64,000 nucleotides of DNA, taken from Bugula neritina (Eukaryota; Animalia; Bryozoa). The notes beneath the pieces were generated by a model. That model saw only the letters and a program-made list of their open reading frames with translations, searched no databases and was not told the DNA's origin. A program made the translations under genes and the position numbers. Location: the NCBI GenBank assembly GCA_964035545.1, contig OZ037772.1, positions 2,356,001 through 2,420,000 on the forward strand. Direction: 5' to 3'. Shown here piece after piece: positions 34,550-45,572 of this stretch; the first letter of the stretch is position 1; each line of letters starts with the position of its first letter.

Positions 34550-35200
34550 ATGAGCTTACCTTTCTACCATACATTTTCAGCGATTGTAGCTGGTCCTTCA
34601 AGGGCTGGTAAAACTCAGTGGGTAAGGAAATTGATTACCAACAGTCATACAATGATATCACCTCCACCTGAAAAAATAATATATTGTTATAGTGAGTGGC
34701 AGCCACTGTTTAGCTCATACAACAACGTTGAGTTTCATCAAGGTGTTATCGATATACAAGAATTAAACAAAAATATAAAAAACTTGATAATATTTGATGA
34801 TTTAATGAGTGAAATAGATCAGAATATTGAAAACATATTTACTAAGCACAGTCACCATCGCAACATAAGCGTAATATTTATAACACAGAATCTGTTTCAA
34901 GACAACTCTCACATGAGAACAATGTCTCGAAGCGCTTCTTATGTTGTTGTATTTAAAAACCCTAGAGACGTGAACCAGATATCCTATTTGGCAAGACAAA
35001 TGTTTCCTAAAAACCAGAGTAATTTTGTTGTTGAAGCGTTTCGAGACGCCACTTCTGTCCCCTTTGGGTACTTGGTTATAGACTACAGGCAAGAGACAGA
35101 AGACTATTTGCGCATTAGAACAGGTGTATTTCCGGGTGAGAAAACCTATATCTATTTGTCAAACAGAAACGCTACTTCATTACAAAGAAATGCAGCTTGA
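34550..35200 (+). CDS. A32/FtsK-like genome-packaging ATPase
   Basis: Walker A GPSRAGKT, Walker B LIIFDD, HHRNISVIFITQ. Likely start at ATG 34550. Confidence 0.93.
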   Translation: MSLPFYHTFSAIVAGPSRAGKTQWVRKLITNSHTMISPPPEKIIYCYSEWQPLFSSYNNVEFHQGVIDIQELNKNIKNLIIFDDLMSEIDQNIENIFTKHSHHRNISVIFITQNLFQDNSHMRTMSRSASYVVVFKNPRDVNQISYLARQMFPKNQSNFVVEAFRDATSVPFGYLVIDYRQETEDYLRIRTGVFPGEKTYIYLSNRNATSLQRNAA

Positions 35201-35214
35201 AGCTAACATAAATC

Positions 35215-35565
35215 ATGACCGCTAGAATTAAAAAACACGCCAAGACTCTAAGTTATTTAGCTGAATGTGACAAACACAACTGTAAAGCAATCATCAACGC
35301 AGCGGGTAGTGAACTGTTGAACTGTTTCTCAGATATTTGCTACAACGTATTAAAAGGCAAGGTGTCATTGTCACCTACTGAAGAAAACAACTTACGTAAA
35401 TACAAAAATATTTTAAGAAAGATTGCTGATAAAAAGAGTACACTGAAAACTAAAAAAACACTGGTACAGAAAGGAGGGTTTCTCTTGGCTCTTTTAGGAC
35501 CACTAATAGGAAGTGTTCTAGCACTACTAGCGAAAGGAATATTCAGCGGTTTTAGAAAAAGATGA
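35215..35565 (+). CDS. Conserved Polinton virion protein with QKGG|FL protease site and hydrophobic C-terminal helix
   Basis: ICYNVLKGKVSLS...LVQKGGFLLALLGPLIGSVL, typical of Polinton small core proteins. Confidence 0.75.
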   Translation: MTARIKKHAKTLSYLAECDKHNCKAIINAAGSELLNCFSDICYNVLKGKVSLSPTEENNLRKYKNILRKIADKKSTLKTKKTLVQKGGFLLALLGPLIGSVLALLAKGIFSGFRKR

Positions 35566-36287
35566 ATTCGCAAAGCGCTAGAAAATTCTTATTAGTGGAT
35601 GCCGCGGATCTAAAACACAACTCATTTGTAAATGCTGATGTCAGCAAAAATAATGATTATCAACAAGTCGAGAGAAACAAACCTTTGATTACTAAAGAAC
35701 TATTTGCCGTAGATAAGCTAATGAGTGAAATCTTAAATGACAACACGCTATCAGAAAATGAGAAAGTAACTGCTTATAACAACGCGTTAACTAATTATCA
35801 AGAGTTGAAAACTACTACTTATAAAAAAATATCTAGCACAAGGTTGCCTACTTTATCAAAGAATAATGAACCACAACTAAAAGAAACAGAAAGTCTTACA
35901 TCTTATAACCCACTACTAGCTATCCCTCAAAGATTTAAAACAAAGGCGAGTCAACTTTGGGATATACTGAAAAAAGATGGTAAAGTTTCTGTAAATGATG
36001 CGGGGCAGGTAACTATTAACGGCAACCAACTACGCGGAAGCAATTTATCTGATCTATTAAATCTTGCGGTTAATAGTCAACTGAAAGGTAAAACATTGGA
36101 AGGGTGGAAAGAATTTAGACAAGTATTAATTGATTACAATGTACCCAAACTACTCATTAATCAAAACGTTATCGAAGAGAAATCTAAAAATAGAAGAGAG
36201 TCTAGTAAATTGTCATCAGGCGAGTGGGATCCATACGATGGCAAGGCGAAAACGAAAAAAGCAAAATCCAGACTCCAGCTATACTGA
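35562..36287 (+). CDS. Conserved Polinton hypothetical protein
   Basis: 241-aa ORF with ATGA overlap. GQVTING..GSNLSDLL..GW motif, in the usual position before the integrase. Confidence 0.75.
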   Translation: MNSQSARKFLLVDAADLKHNSFVNADVSKNNDYQQVERNKPLITKELFAVDKLMSEILNDNTLSENEKVTAYNNALTNYQELKTTTYKKISSTRLPTLSKNNEPQLKETESLTSYNPLLAIPQRFKTKASQLWDILKKDGKVSVNDAGQVTINGNQLRGSNLSDLLNLAVNSQLKGKTLEGWKEFRQVLIDYNVPKLLINQNVIEEKSKNRRESSKLSSGEWDPYDGKAKTKKAKSRLQLY

Positions 36288-37365
36288 TAAACTAATTCGA
36301 GACACCTATTTCAATATTTCTAAACCAGCCGGATTTGGTAGTAAAGCAAAATTATACAAATCATTAAAAGGCAAAGTAAGCAAGGGTGCAATTGATAGAT
36401 GGCTTGAAAAAACTGACAGCTATAACCTACATAAACCTTTGCGAAAAAACTTTCCCAGACGAAAGTATATTGTATCAGGTATTAATGCCATGTGGCAAAT
36501 TGATTTAACAGATCTCCAACAGTTTTCATCCGAAAATAATGGATTCAAGTATATACTATTAAGCATTGACACATTCAGTCGTAAAGCCTACGGTGTACCA
36601 CTCAAAACTAAATCTGGTTTAGAAGTGAGTAGAGCTATGAGGGAGATTATAGAAAACGAAAACAACAACACTCCACCAGAAATGATTTTATCAGATAGAG
36701 GCAAAGAATTCTTTAACCCTCAATTTAAAGCATTAATGAAAGAATATAACATAAACCACTTTTCATCCAACAATCAAGAAATTAAAGCATCCATGGTTGA
36801 AAGACTGCAAAGAACACTAAAGGCTAAATTGTTTAAATATTTTACTCATCAAAACAGTCACAGATATCTTGACATTCTCAATGATCTAATATCATCATAC
36901 AATAACTCGAAACACTCGGCTCATAACTCAACACCTAACGATGTGACAGTTAACAATCAAGAAGAAATTTGGCATAGACTATACACAGATAGTCAGAGTG
37001 GTCAAACTAACAAACTAAAATACAATGTTGGAGATCTCGTTAGAATATCAAAATATAGTACAGTATTTAAAAAAGGATACCTTCCTTCTTGGAGCGAAGA
37101 AATCTTTACCATAGCGAAAATCCACACTACTAATCCTCCAGTGTATTCTCTCGCGGATGACAGCGGTGATCAGCTAGAAGGAACATGGTATGAACCGGAA
37201 TTACAGAAAGTAAACACCAAGAGCAACACCTATAAAATAGAGTCAATTGTTGGTCAGCGTACTGTAAATGGTAAAAAACAATTTCTTGTAAGGTGGGCTG
37301 GATATCCGCCAAGTTTTGACTCGTATGTTGATAAAAGAGATGTAATTTTTAACTATAAGAATTAG
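36238..37365 (+). CDS. int: Retroviral-type (rve) integrase with C-terminal chromodomain
   Basis: WQIDLTD, SDRGKEF and VERLQRT form the DDE triad. Chromo-like tail YKIESIV...FLVRWAGYPPSFDSYV. Likely start MARRKRKK at 36238. Confidence 0.95.
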   Translation: MARRKRKKQNPDSSYTDKLIRDTYFNISKPAGFGSKAKLYKSLKGKVSKGAIDRWLEKTDSYNLHKPLRKNFPRRKYIVSGINAMWQIDLTDLQQFSSENNGFKYILLSIDTFSRKAYGVPLKTKSGLEVSRAMREIIENENNNTPPEMILSDRGKEFFNPQFKALMKEYNINHFSSNNQEIKASMVERLQRTLKAKLFKYFTHQNSHRYLDILNDLISSYNNSKHSAHNSTPNDVTVNNQEEIWHRLYTDSQSGQTNKLKYNVGDLVRISKYSTVFKKGYLPSWSEEIFTIAKIHTTNPPVYSLADDSGDQLEGTWYEPELQKVNTKSNTYKIESIVGQRTVNGKKQFLVRWAGYPPSFDSYVDKRDVIFNYKN

Positions 37366-37398
37366 ATAATAAACTTATATGTTGTCACTCTTACAAAG

Positions 37399-38169
37399 AT
37401 GCGCGTTGTTTTACCTAGTAATGCTTCGTTGAAGCATTTTCCAAAAAATAGTCTTTCAGTATACACAGTTCAATTGCCTCAAAGTTTAGATTTTACGGAT
37501 GGCTCTTACGAGATCGGATTGAGTGAGATACAATTTTATAAATCATGGTTCAATGTGAAACAGTGCAGCATAACCTTAAAAGTAAATGAAGCTGAAGAAA
37601 CAGTGCATCTAGATGACGGTTACTACAAATCAGATAAAAAGCTAATACAATCTATCAATCAAGCAATAAATGACCAGTGTTTAAATCTGAAAGTAAAATT
37701 TAATTTCTATTACAACGATGTCAATAAAAATTTTTATGTCATTGCTGAAGATGTTAGAGGTTGCTCTATAGACATCACATACTCACCATCTCTTGAGAAA
37801 ATACTTAATGTGCAGGAAGAAAAAATGGAGATAAAATCAATGACCGATGGCACAATTTTGGTCAAGTACAATACTCCAATAAGATTACATACAATATTTA
37901 ACCTGATGGTGTATACAGATGTAGCAGAATCTAGTATTGTTGGAGATACTCAGGCTCAACTACTAAGAGTTGTAGGAGTCGAGGATGGTCATTGGAGGTT
38001 GCAGTCCACTAACTTTAACAATGTACAGTACTGCAAAATAAATAAAACGCATGTTTCGAGTGTATCAATTTATATATACACGGATTACGGTGAAAGAGTA
38101 CCATTCACGCATGGACGTACAGTGGTAACGGTAGATATTCGAAAAGTTAAACCTATAAACCTAATATGA
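37399..38169 (+). CDS. Minor capsid (penton-like) protein
   Basis: LPSNAS..YTVQLP..YEIGLSEI N-terminus and VYTDVAESSIVGD..LLR C-terminus, typical of Polinton mCP. Confidence 0.85.
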   Translation: MRVVLPSNASLKHFPKNSLSVYTVQLPQSLDFTDGSYEIGLSEIQFYKSWFNVKQCSITLKVNEAEETVHLDDGYYKSDKKLIQSINQAINDQCLNLKVKFNFYYNDVNKNFYVIAEDVRGCSIDITYSPSLEKILNVQEEKMEIKSMTDGTILVKYNTPIRLHTIFNLMVYTDVAESSIVGDTQAQLLRVVGVEDGHWRLQSTNFNNVQYCKINKTHVSSVSIYIYTDYGERVPFTHGRTVVTVDIRKVKPINLI

Positions 38170-38597
38170 GAATAATTCCATTCGATTGTGATGCCGCATC
38201 AAATAGCTATAGACAGTTATATGAACAATCAGGAAATGGAATGATTCCAATATTTTCAGGAGAAAAATATCAAACAGGATACGGTTTAGGGAGCATATTT
38301 GGTAACATACTCAAAGCAGCATTGCCTGTTGTAAAACAAGGTGTAAAAAGTTTAGGAAAGACAGCAATAAATACTGGTCTAAACATTGCCAGAGATAGTT
38401 TATCCGGTAAACCATTCAGAGAGTCAATCAAAGATAACGTCAACAGCGCGGCTGGAGAGGTTATTACTAAAGGTATTACATACGTCACCAACAGAAATCG
38501 AAATAAAAAAAGGAAGCGTCAGACTAACAGAGTTACTTCTTCCAAGTCTTCAAAGGTGAAAAGACGTAGGGTTACTAAACGCGATATCTTTTCATAG
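38166..38597 (+). CDS. Basic core / membrane-active virion protein
   Basis: QSGNG and QTGYG|LGSIFGNILKAALP amphipathic helix. K/R-rich tail ending RDIFS. Confidence 0.75.
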   Translation: MRIIPFDCDAASNSYRQLYEQSGNGMIPIFSGEKYQTGYGLGSIFGNILKAALPVVKQGVKSLGKTAINTGLNIARDSLSGKPFRESIKDNVNSAAGEVITKGITYVTNRNRNKKRKRQTNRVTSSKSSKVKRRRVTKRDIFS

Positions 38598-38608
38598 AAT
38601 ACTATACT

Positions 38609-39919
38609 ATGAGTTTCATAATGGAACATAGCTGCCTCGCTGGCAAACCCGAATTAGATTTATTTTCTACACTACCTACTCAAGCATCAATCGAAGAAGG
38701 ATATCACGTAGAACATATGCCCACAACCTCATTGAATGATGAGGGACCTATAAAGTTCTCAATCTCTGGTGATTCGAACAACTACCTTGACCTCAATTCA
38801 AGCTATCTATTATTAGAGGTGAAAATAACAAAAGCTGACGGTACGGATCTTGATGCTCAAGGTGATGCGGCTCCTATAAACCTTTTGGGTCACACATTAT
38901 TTCAACAAGTAGAAATTATGCTAAATGATGTAGTTATTTCCAACGCTTCTAATCTCTACCACTACAGAGCTCTTATAGAAACTTTACTAAGTTACTCCGA
39001 TGAAGCTAAAAAGTCACAACTATCAATGTCACTCTACTCAAAGGATACACCCGGAAAAATGGATCACATTGGTGGTGATAATGAAGGCTTGGAAGCTAGA
39101 AGACGAATTACGGGGCAGAGTAAAACTGTGCAGTTAATTGTTAGACCGCACGCTGACATATTCTTTCAAAGACGATTCATTTTAAACGGAGTAGACATGA
39201 AATTAAAGTTTGTGAGGAATCACAACAGCTTAGTGCTAATGGCTGGTGAAAACTCTACTTGCAAACTAAAAATCCTAAACGCATCTTTTTTCCTTCGAAA
39301 AGTTAAAATCAATAGCGGAATACAATTAAAGCACATTGAAAATTTAGACAAGAAACTATTGCCAGCCGTTTATCCTATCAGAAGAGTTGATATGAAGTCA
39401 TTCAATATCGCATTGGGTTCATTGTCTTGGAACGAAGAAAATTTATTTCACGGTATTCTGCCTAAGAGAATAGTTATAGGTATTGTAAACGCTGGTGCAT
39501 TCGAAGGCGCTTACAATTTGAATCCTTTCAACTTTCAGCACAAACATTTAAAATATACAAACCTAGTCGTTGACGGGAAACAAGTACCTCAGAAGGCATT
39601 GGTTTCAGACTACACAAATCATAATACTCTAAGAAACTATTTTACGCTCTTGGAATCAACGGGAAAGGTGTTCAACAATGGCGGAATAGATATAAATAGA
39701 GAGGAATACGAGAAAGGTTACAGTCTATTGGCCTTTGATTTAACTCCTGACCTAGATTTGAGCACTTGCTTTCATTTGATGAAGCGAGGAACAATAAGAT
39801 TAGAGCTAAAGTTTTCTCAGGCTCTTGACACACCCGTTAATGTGATTGTCTACTCCGAATTTGATTCTGGTATAAAAATTGATAAGAATAGAGCGGTACT
39901 TACAAATTTCTACGCGTGA
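38609..39919 (+). CDS. Double jelly-roll major capsid protein
   Basis: 436 aa. ELDLF..PTQ, YLDLNSSYL, HTLFQQV, NPFNFQH and AFDLTPD motifs of Polinton MCP. Confidence 0.93.
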   Translation: MSFIMEHSCLAGKPELDLFSTLPTQASIEEGYHVEHMPTTSLNDEGPIKFSISGDSNNYLDLNSSYLLLEVKITKADGTDLDAQGDAAPINLLGHTLFQQVEIMLNDVVISNASNLYHYRALIETLLSYSDEAKKSQLSMSLYSKDTPGKMDHIGGDNEGLEARRRITGQSKTVQLIVRPHADIFFQRRFILNGVDMKLKFVRNHNSLVLMAGENSTCKLKILNASFFLRKVKINSGIQLKHIENLDKKLLPAVYPIRRVDMKSFNIALGSLSWNEENLFHGILPKRIVIGIVNAGAFEGAYNLNPFNFQHKHLKYTNLVVDGKQVPQKALVSDYTNHNTLRNYFTLLESTGKVFNNGGIDINREEYEKGYSLLAFDLTPDLDLSTCFHLMKRGTIRLELKFSQALDTPVNVIVYSEFDSGIKIDKNRAVLTNFYA

Positions 39920-40458
39920 TGAATTCTAAAGAAATATATTCCATTCTTGAGAACGATGAGTGGGTGAAAAAGATGAACTTCATCGGTGTATTTCCAGTCG
40001 ATAGAATACCTAGTAGTAGTTTGACGGATTATCCTTGCTGTGGAGTTGTAAACACTAAACCTCACAATCATCCGGGAGAGCACTGGGTGATGTTTCTAAA
40101 GACAGAAAATAACACAGGAGTTTATTTCGACTCTTTTGGAAGTGGTCTTTACAACATGCCAGAGGTTGCTGCTATATTTGATTCAGTAGACTCTTGGCAA
40201 TTTAGTAGCACTCAGCTACAATCTGTATTTTCTACAGTTTGCGGACAATACTGTATTTTTGTGTTAACGCATTTAGCCAGAGGTTTCTCACTAGAACACA
40301 TTATATCTTTAATAAATGATTGTTGTGATACATACGCGAATGATGCTTTTATATTTAATTACATTAATCAAAAATATAGTAATTTTTTAAATAAAGAACT
40401 AGAAATTGTAGACCTACCTTTTATTTTTGAACAAGCTTCTTATCCTGTTAAAATTTAA
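39919..40458 (+). CDS. Adenain-like cysteine maturation protease
   Basis: GEHW, YFDSFG, LQ...CGQYC catalytic motifs. The ATG overlaps the MCP stop (TGATG). Confidence 0.93.
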   Translation: MNSKEIYSILENDEWVKKMNFIGVFPVDRIPSSSLTDYPCCGVVNTKPHNHPGEHWVMFLKTENNTGVYFDSFGSGLYNMPEVAAIFDSVDSWQFSSTQLQSVFSTVCGQYCIFVLTHLARGFSLEHIISLINDCCDTYANDAFIFNYINQKYSNFLNKELEIVDLPFIFEQASYPVKI

Positions 40459-40664
40459 AGCTGTAATATTCTATTATGACATTTTTTCAAGAAAATAAAC
40501 TCATGGTGAAAAGAAATCTCTTTCTGGTTATTGAATATTATACGGAGTGTAGAATTTACCAAAGTGACAACAGTGATATAACGAGGCTAACTAATCATAG
40601 ATCAATGTTTTAGTACGTGAGATTCTGACTACGTAGTTAGTTAAAAGGTGTAATTTATTCACCA

Positions 40665-40827
40665 TAAGCTAAATTTAATAGCTACCACCTGTCAACTTTA
40701 AGGCTTACAATGCTCACATAGTTAACGAGATGCTAATTTCCATAGCCATAGAGTCTACACTACGTTGACAAATTGGTCGATGCGAGATGCTTACTTCCAT
40801 AGCCGTAGAGGCGCTTATTATACTACT
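40665..40827 (-). repeat. Polinton right TIR
   Basis: Reverse complement of 24678-24840. Confidence 0.95.
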
Positions 40828-41025
40828 TATATCAATACTCAATACTGTGAGAGACTATAAAGTCTGGTAACTATTGTAGGTGACACTGCAGTGGCTGTCC
40901 ACCCTGAAGACGGCCGATACAAACACTTACACGGGAAATTCGTGAGACATCTTTTTGCTGACAGGAGAATACCTATTGTGGCTGACGACTTTGTGGAGAT
41001 GGAGTTTGGGACAGGTGCTCTGTTT

Positions 41026-41310
41026 CCTGTATATTCATAGCCTGTTGTCCTGTATATTCATAGCCTGTTGTCCTGTATATTCATAGCCTGTTGTCCTGTA
41101 TATTCATAGCCTGTTGTCCTGTATATTAATAGCCCGTTGTCCTGTATATTCATAGCCTGTTGTCCTGTATATTCATAGCCTGTTGTCCCGTATATTCATA
41201 GCCTATTGTCCTGTATATTCATAGCCTGTTGTCCTGTATATTCATAGCCTGTTGTTCTGTATATTCATAGCCCGTTGTCCTGTATATTCATAGCCTGTTG
41301 TCCTGTATTT
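41026..41310. repeat. 23-bp minisatellite (cctgtatattcatagcctgttgt) x~12
   Basis: Directly visible. Confidence 0.92.
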
Positions 41311-42004
41311 TCCAAGCCTTTTGTGTGTAGGGACAAAATAATTTAACAGATCCGTGTGTTAAATATGGTATTCTGCTAAGGTAAGAATTCTACTGTGTCA
41401 TGAATTGAGGTGTCAGGTCCCTCAGCCTACTGAGATACGGAGGGAGAACTAAATTGGAGTCTATTCGTATAGCAACGAGTACTGTTTGGTGTGTGAATCT
41501 AGTATTACGTGTTTTTGACAAAGAGGTGGCATAACTCCTAATTGTGTGACATATTTCTAAGTTGAAATGGTTTTTTCTTGCATTATATATTATATAATAA
41601 GCTATATTATATATAAGCTCCATTAAAATATCCATTATATTTTACAGGTCCCTCAGCTTACTGAGATACGGAATTAGCAGCTCAACTGTGAACAATAGCT
41701 AAAAGCTAGAGGTATATGGCTCTGTGTGCTAAATCAAGTAAAATGACTCATAGTTACAGATCTCAATGTAATAGAAGTTGTCCTCTCTTGTTCTCCTAAA
41801 GAATAGCTCCATTAACATATCCATTATATTTTACAATGCTGTTGAGTTGAACTGTTACTATGTGTGTCTGTCTGTTAACAATGACCTCCACACCGTGGTC
41901 TCTTGTGTTATAGTCGATCTAAAGATATCATTGAGCCGATACCCAAACCACAGTGGTATGTGGCGTGTGACGATATGGCAGCCAAGGCTGTAGAGGTACT
42001 TGTA

Positions 42005-42500
42005 TTATATATTATGTATAGTATATAATATATTAGTACTGTATAGTATATAATATATTAGTACTGTATAGTATGTATATTAGTATTGTATAGTATATAT
42101 ATTAGTACTGTGTATAGTATATAATATATTAGTACTGTAAAGTATACCTATAGTATAGTATATCTATAGCATAGTATGTCTATAGTATAGTATGTCTATA
42201 GTATAGTATATCTATAGCATAGTATATCTATAGCATAGTATATCTATAGTATAGTATATCTATAGTATAGTATATCTATAGCATAGTATATCTATAGTAT
42301 AGTATATCTATAGCATAGTATATCTATAGCATAGTATATCTATAGCATAGTATATCTATAGTATAGTATATCTATAGCATAGTATATCTATAGTATAGTA
42401 TATCTATAGCATAGTATATCTATAGCATAGTATATCTATAGCATAGTATATCTATAGCATAGTATATCTATAGCATAGTATATCTATAGCATAGTATGTA
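42005..42500. repeat. AT-rich minisatellite, mainly 16-bp (gcatagtatatctata)n, filling an intron
   Basis: Directly visible. Confidence 0.9.
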
Positions 42501-42879
42501 TACTGCAGGTAGTAGAATCAGGCAAGCTAAAGATCATACCAGACTATCACACAGTCACTTGGTACAAATGGCTGAGGAACTCCAGGGACTGGTGTATCTC
42601 CAGACAGCTATGGTGGGGGCACAGAATACCAGCCTACTTTGTGCAGATCCAGGGGCAACCTAAGGCTGAGGTATGACTCATTCTTCATCTTGTCTTGTGT
42701 TATTTACAGAAAGCAAGCGGGTTTAGCACACACCTAATATTTACCACAGACTATGTTTATGTTGATAAACTATGAATTCCCTTTAATGTGGCCTTTTCTG
42801 GAGTAGGTGTGGCCTTTCTAGAGTGGGTGTGGCTCTTTCCGGAGTGGGTGTGGCCATTTCTGGAGTGGGTGTGACCCTT

Positions 42880-42979
42880 TCACTGGCTTTCCATGGATCG
42901 ATCTCAGATCTATATTGGTGAGATCGCTCCATGAAAAGACATCAAAGATCGATCTCAGTCGTCCATGGAAAGCCTGTGA
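42880..42979. mobile_element. ~100-bp MITE-like element
   Basis: tcactggctttccatgga ... tccatggaaagcctgtga, 17/18-bp inverted termini. Confidence 0.55.
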
Positions 42980-43208
42980 TTATATTGTACATTGTTCATC
43001 ATAGCTCAGTGACCTCTTGACATCTGTATATTTTACATAGTCTAGTGACCTTTTAACCTCTATATATTTTACATAGTCTAGTGACAACAACTACTGGGTG
43101 ACTGGCAGATCCTATCATGAAGCGCTGTCAAAGGCAGCAATGATGTTTAACGTACATCCAAATGTCATCAGTCTTAGCCAGGGTAATTCTCTTTCATCTG
43201 ACAGCTCA

Positions 43209-43545
43209 AGTATATATTGAGTATGTATTGAGTATGTATTGAGTATGTATTGAGTATGTATTGAGTATATATTGAGTATGTATTGAGTACATATTGAGTA
43301 TGTACTGAGTATGTATTGAGTATATATTGAGTATGTATTGAGTATGTATTAAGTATGTATTGAGTATATATTGAGTATATATTGAGTATATATTGAGTAT
43401 GTATTGAGTATATATTGAGTATGTACTGAGTATATATTGAGTATGTATTGAGTATGTATTGAGTAGGTGTTGAGTATATATTGAGTATATATTGAGTATG
43501 TATTGAGTATGTATTGAGTATATATTGAGTATGTATTGAGTATGT
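43209..43545. repeat. 11-bp minisatellite (gagtatgtatt)n
   Basis: Directly visible. Confidence 0.92.
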
Positions 43546-43974
43546 ACACACCTCCAACTTTCTCTTCTCCTTTATAGTAAAGCAGCGAGCTACATTACTC
43601 TAACTACTTATTGATAATTTACTTTCTTTTCTTCACGGACTAGACATTTTCCTTGAGTAAATTAACCCCAGTTTCAGTTTGTCAGAGAAGACAACTCTGA
43701 ACATTGTTCCATTTCCTGCCTTTTATACAGATGAGGATGTGCTGGACACTTGGTTTAGTTCCGGAATATTTCCTTTCTCAACTATGGGGTGGCCAGATAA
43801 CACCCCCGACCTGCAAGCCTACTACCCGGGTATTCTGCTAGAGACTGGATATCCTCTTCTTCTGGGTGGCCCGCATGGTCATGATGGGACAATTCCTACT
43901 CGGGGAGCTTCCCTGCAAAGAGGTACGTCTGGTGGTAGAAAGTGTCTTCTGCTTCTTCTGATGTCTGTGGTTAC

Positions 43975-44910
43975 CATTCTATATCTATACCCTTTAGATG
44001 ACTCTATTCTATATACTTATTCTATATCTATACCCTTTAGATGATTCTATTCATTATACTTATTCTATATCTATACCCTTTAGATGACTCTATTCAATAT
44101 ACTTATTCTATATCTATACCCTTTAGATGACTCTATTCAATATACTTATTCTATATCTATACCCTTTAGATGACTCTATTCAATATACTTATTCTATATC
44201 TATACCCTTTAGATGACTCTATTCAATATACTTATTCTATATCTATACCCTTTAGATGATTCTATTCATTATACTTATTCTATATCTATACCCTTTAGAT
44301 GACTCTATTCAATATACTTATTCTATATCTATACCCTTTAGATGACTCTATTCAATATACTTACTCTATATCTATACCCTTTAGATGACTCTATTCAATA
44401 TACTTATTCTATATCTATACCCTTTAGATGACTCTATTCAATATACTTACTCTATATCTATACCCTTTAGATGACTCTATTCAATATACTTATTCTATAT
44501 CTATACCCTTTAGATGACTCTATTCAATATACTTATTCTATATCTATACCCTTTAGATGACTCTATTCAATATACTTATTCTATATCTATACCCTTTAGA
44601 TGATTCTATTCAATATACTTATTCTATATCTATATCCTTTAGATGACTCTATTCAATATACTTATTCTATATCTATACCCTTTAGATGATTCTATTCAAT
44701 ATACTTATTCTATATCTATACCCTTTAGATGATTCTATTCTATTTACTTATTCTATATCTATATCCTTTAGATGACTCTATTCAATTAACTTATTCTATA
44801 TCTATACCCTTTAGATGACTCTATTCAATATTTCTTATTCTATATCTATACTCTTTAGATGACTCTATTCAACATACTTATTCTATATCTATACCCTTTA
44901 GATGACTCTG
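43975..44910. repeat. 43-bp minisatellite x~22
   Basis: Unit ttattctatatctataccctttagatgactctattcaatatac. Confidence 0.93.
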
Positions 44911-45147
44911 TTTAATTAGCTGATAACTTTATAGTTTTTTTTTCAATTTAGAGTAACGCTGCTATTATTGGGGAAATAATCTCTTGTATAACCAATGAAT
45001 GTGAAATGTGTTGTTTTGACAGTCATGGGACTGAAGATCAAATGCATTCTGTGTCTAAATTGATAAACTTAAACTAAATGGCAAGAGGTTTTATTGGCTG
45101 TATGTGTATACAAGATTATACATAATAGAAAGAGTATATAATTATTG

Positions 45148-45572
45148 TGTAATATATCTTATATTATGTAATATATCTTATATCATGTAATATATCTTAT
45201 ATTATGTAATATATCTTATATCATGTAATATATCTTATATCATGTAATATATCTTATATTATGTAATATATCTTATATTATGTAATATATCTTATATTAT
45301 GTAATATATCTTATATTATGTAATATATCTTATATTATGTAATATATCTTATTATTATGTAATACATCTTATATCATGTAATATATCTTATATTATGTAA
45401 TATATCTTATATTATGTAATATATCTTATAATATGTAATATATCTTATATTATGTAATATATCTTATATTATGTAATATATCTTATATCATGTAATATAT
45501 CTTATATTATGTAATATATCTTATATTATGTAATATATCTTATATCATGTAATATATCTTATAATATGTAAC
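45148..45572. repeat. 19-bp minisatellite (tgtaatatatcttatatta)n
   Basis: Directly visible. Confidence 0.92.

Larger units (their letters stand above)
24678..40827 (+). mobile_element. Polinton/Maverick (adintovirus-like) endogenous virus, 16,150 bp, apparently intact
   Basis: AGTAGT...ACTACT termini, 163-bp TIRs, 6-bp TSD TATATC (24672-24677, 40828-40833). Carries pPolB, ATPase, INT, mCP, MCP and protease genes. Confidence 0.97.
20558..43922 (+). pseudogene. VARS1: Valyl-tRNA synthetase pseudogene (intron-containing, 3'-truncated). Exons: 20558-20701, 21082-21153, 22118-22225, 22377-22503, 22871-23035, 23313-23394, 23566-23685, 23990-24143, 40880-41014, 41914-41995, 42509-42670, 43077-43182, 43731-43922
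   Basis: [15 protein letters not shown] (HIGH), [45 protein letters not shown] and [11 protein letters not shown] between GT-AG introns. In-frame stops at 20624 and 22884, a 5-nt deletion at ~43850, missing exons, and no KMSKS exon. Confidence 0.92.

Noticed and set aside
43174-43557. ORFs of YSIHTQYILNT repeats
   Set aside because: Artefact of the 11-bp minisatellite.
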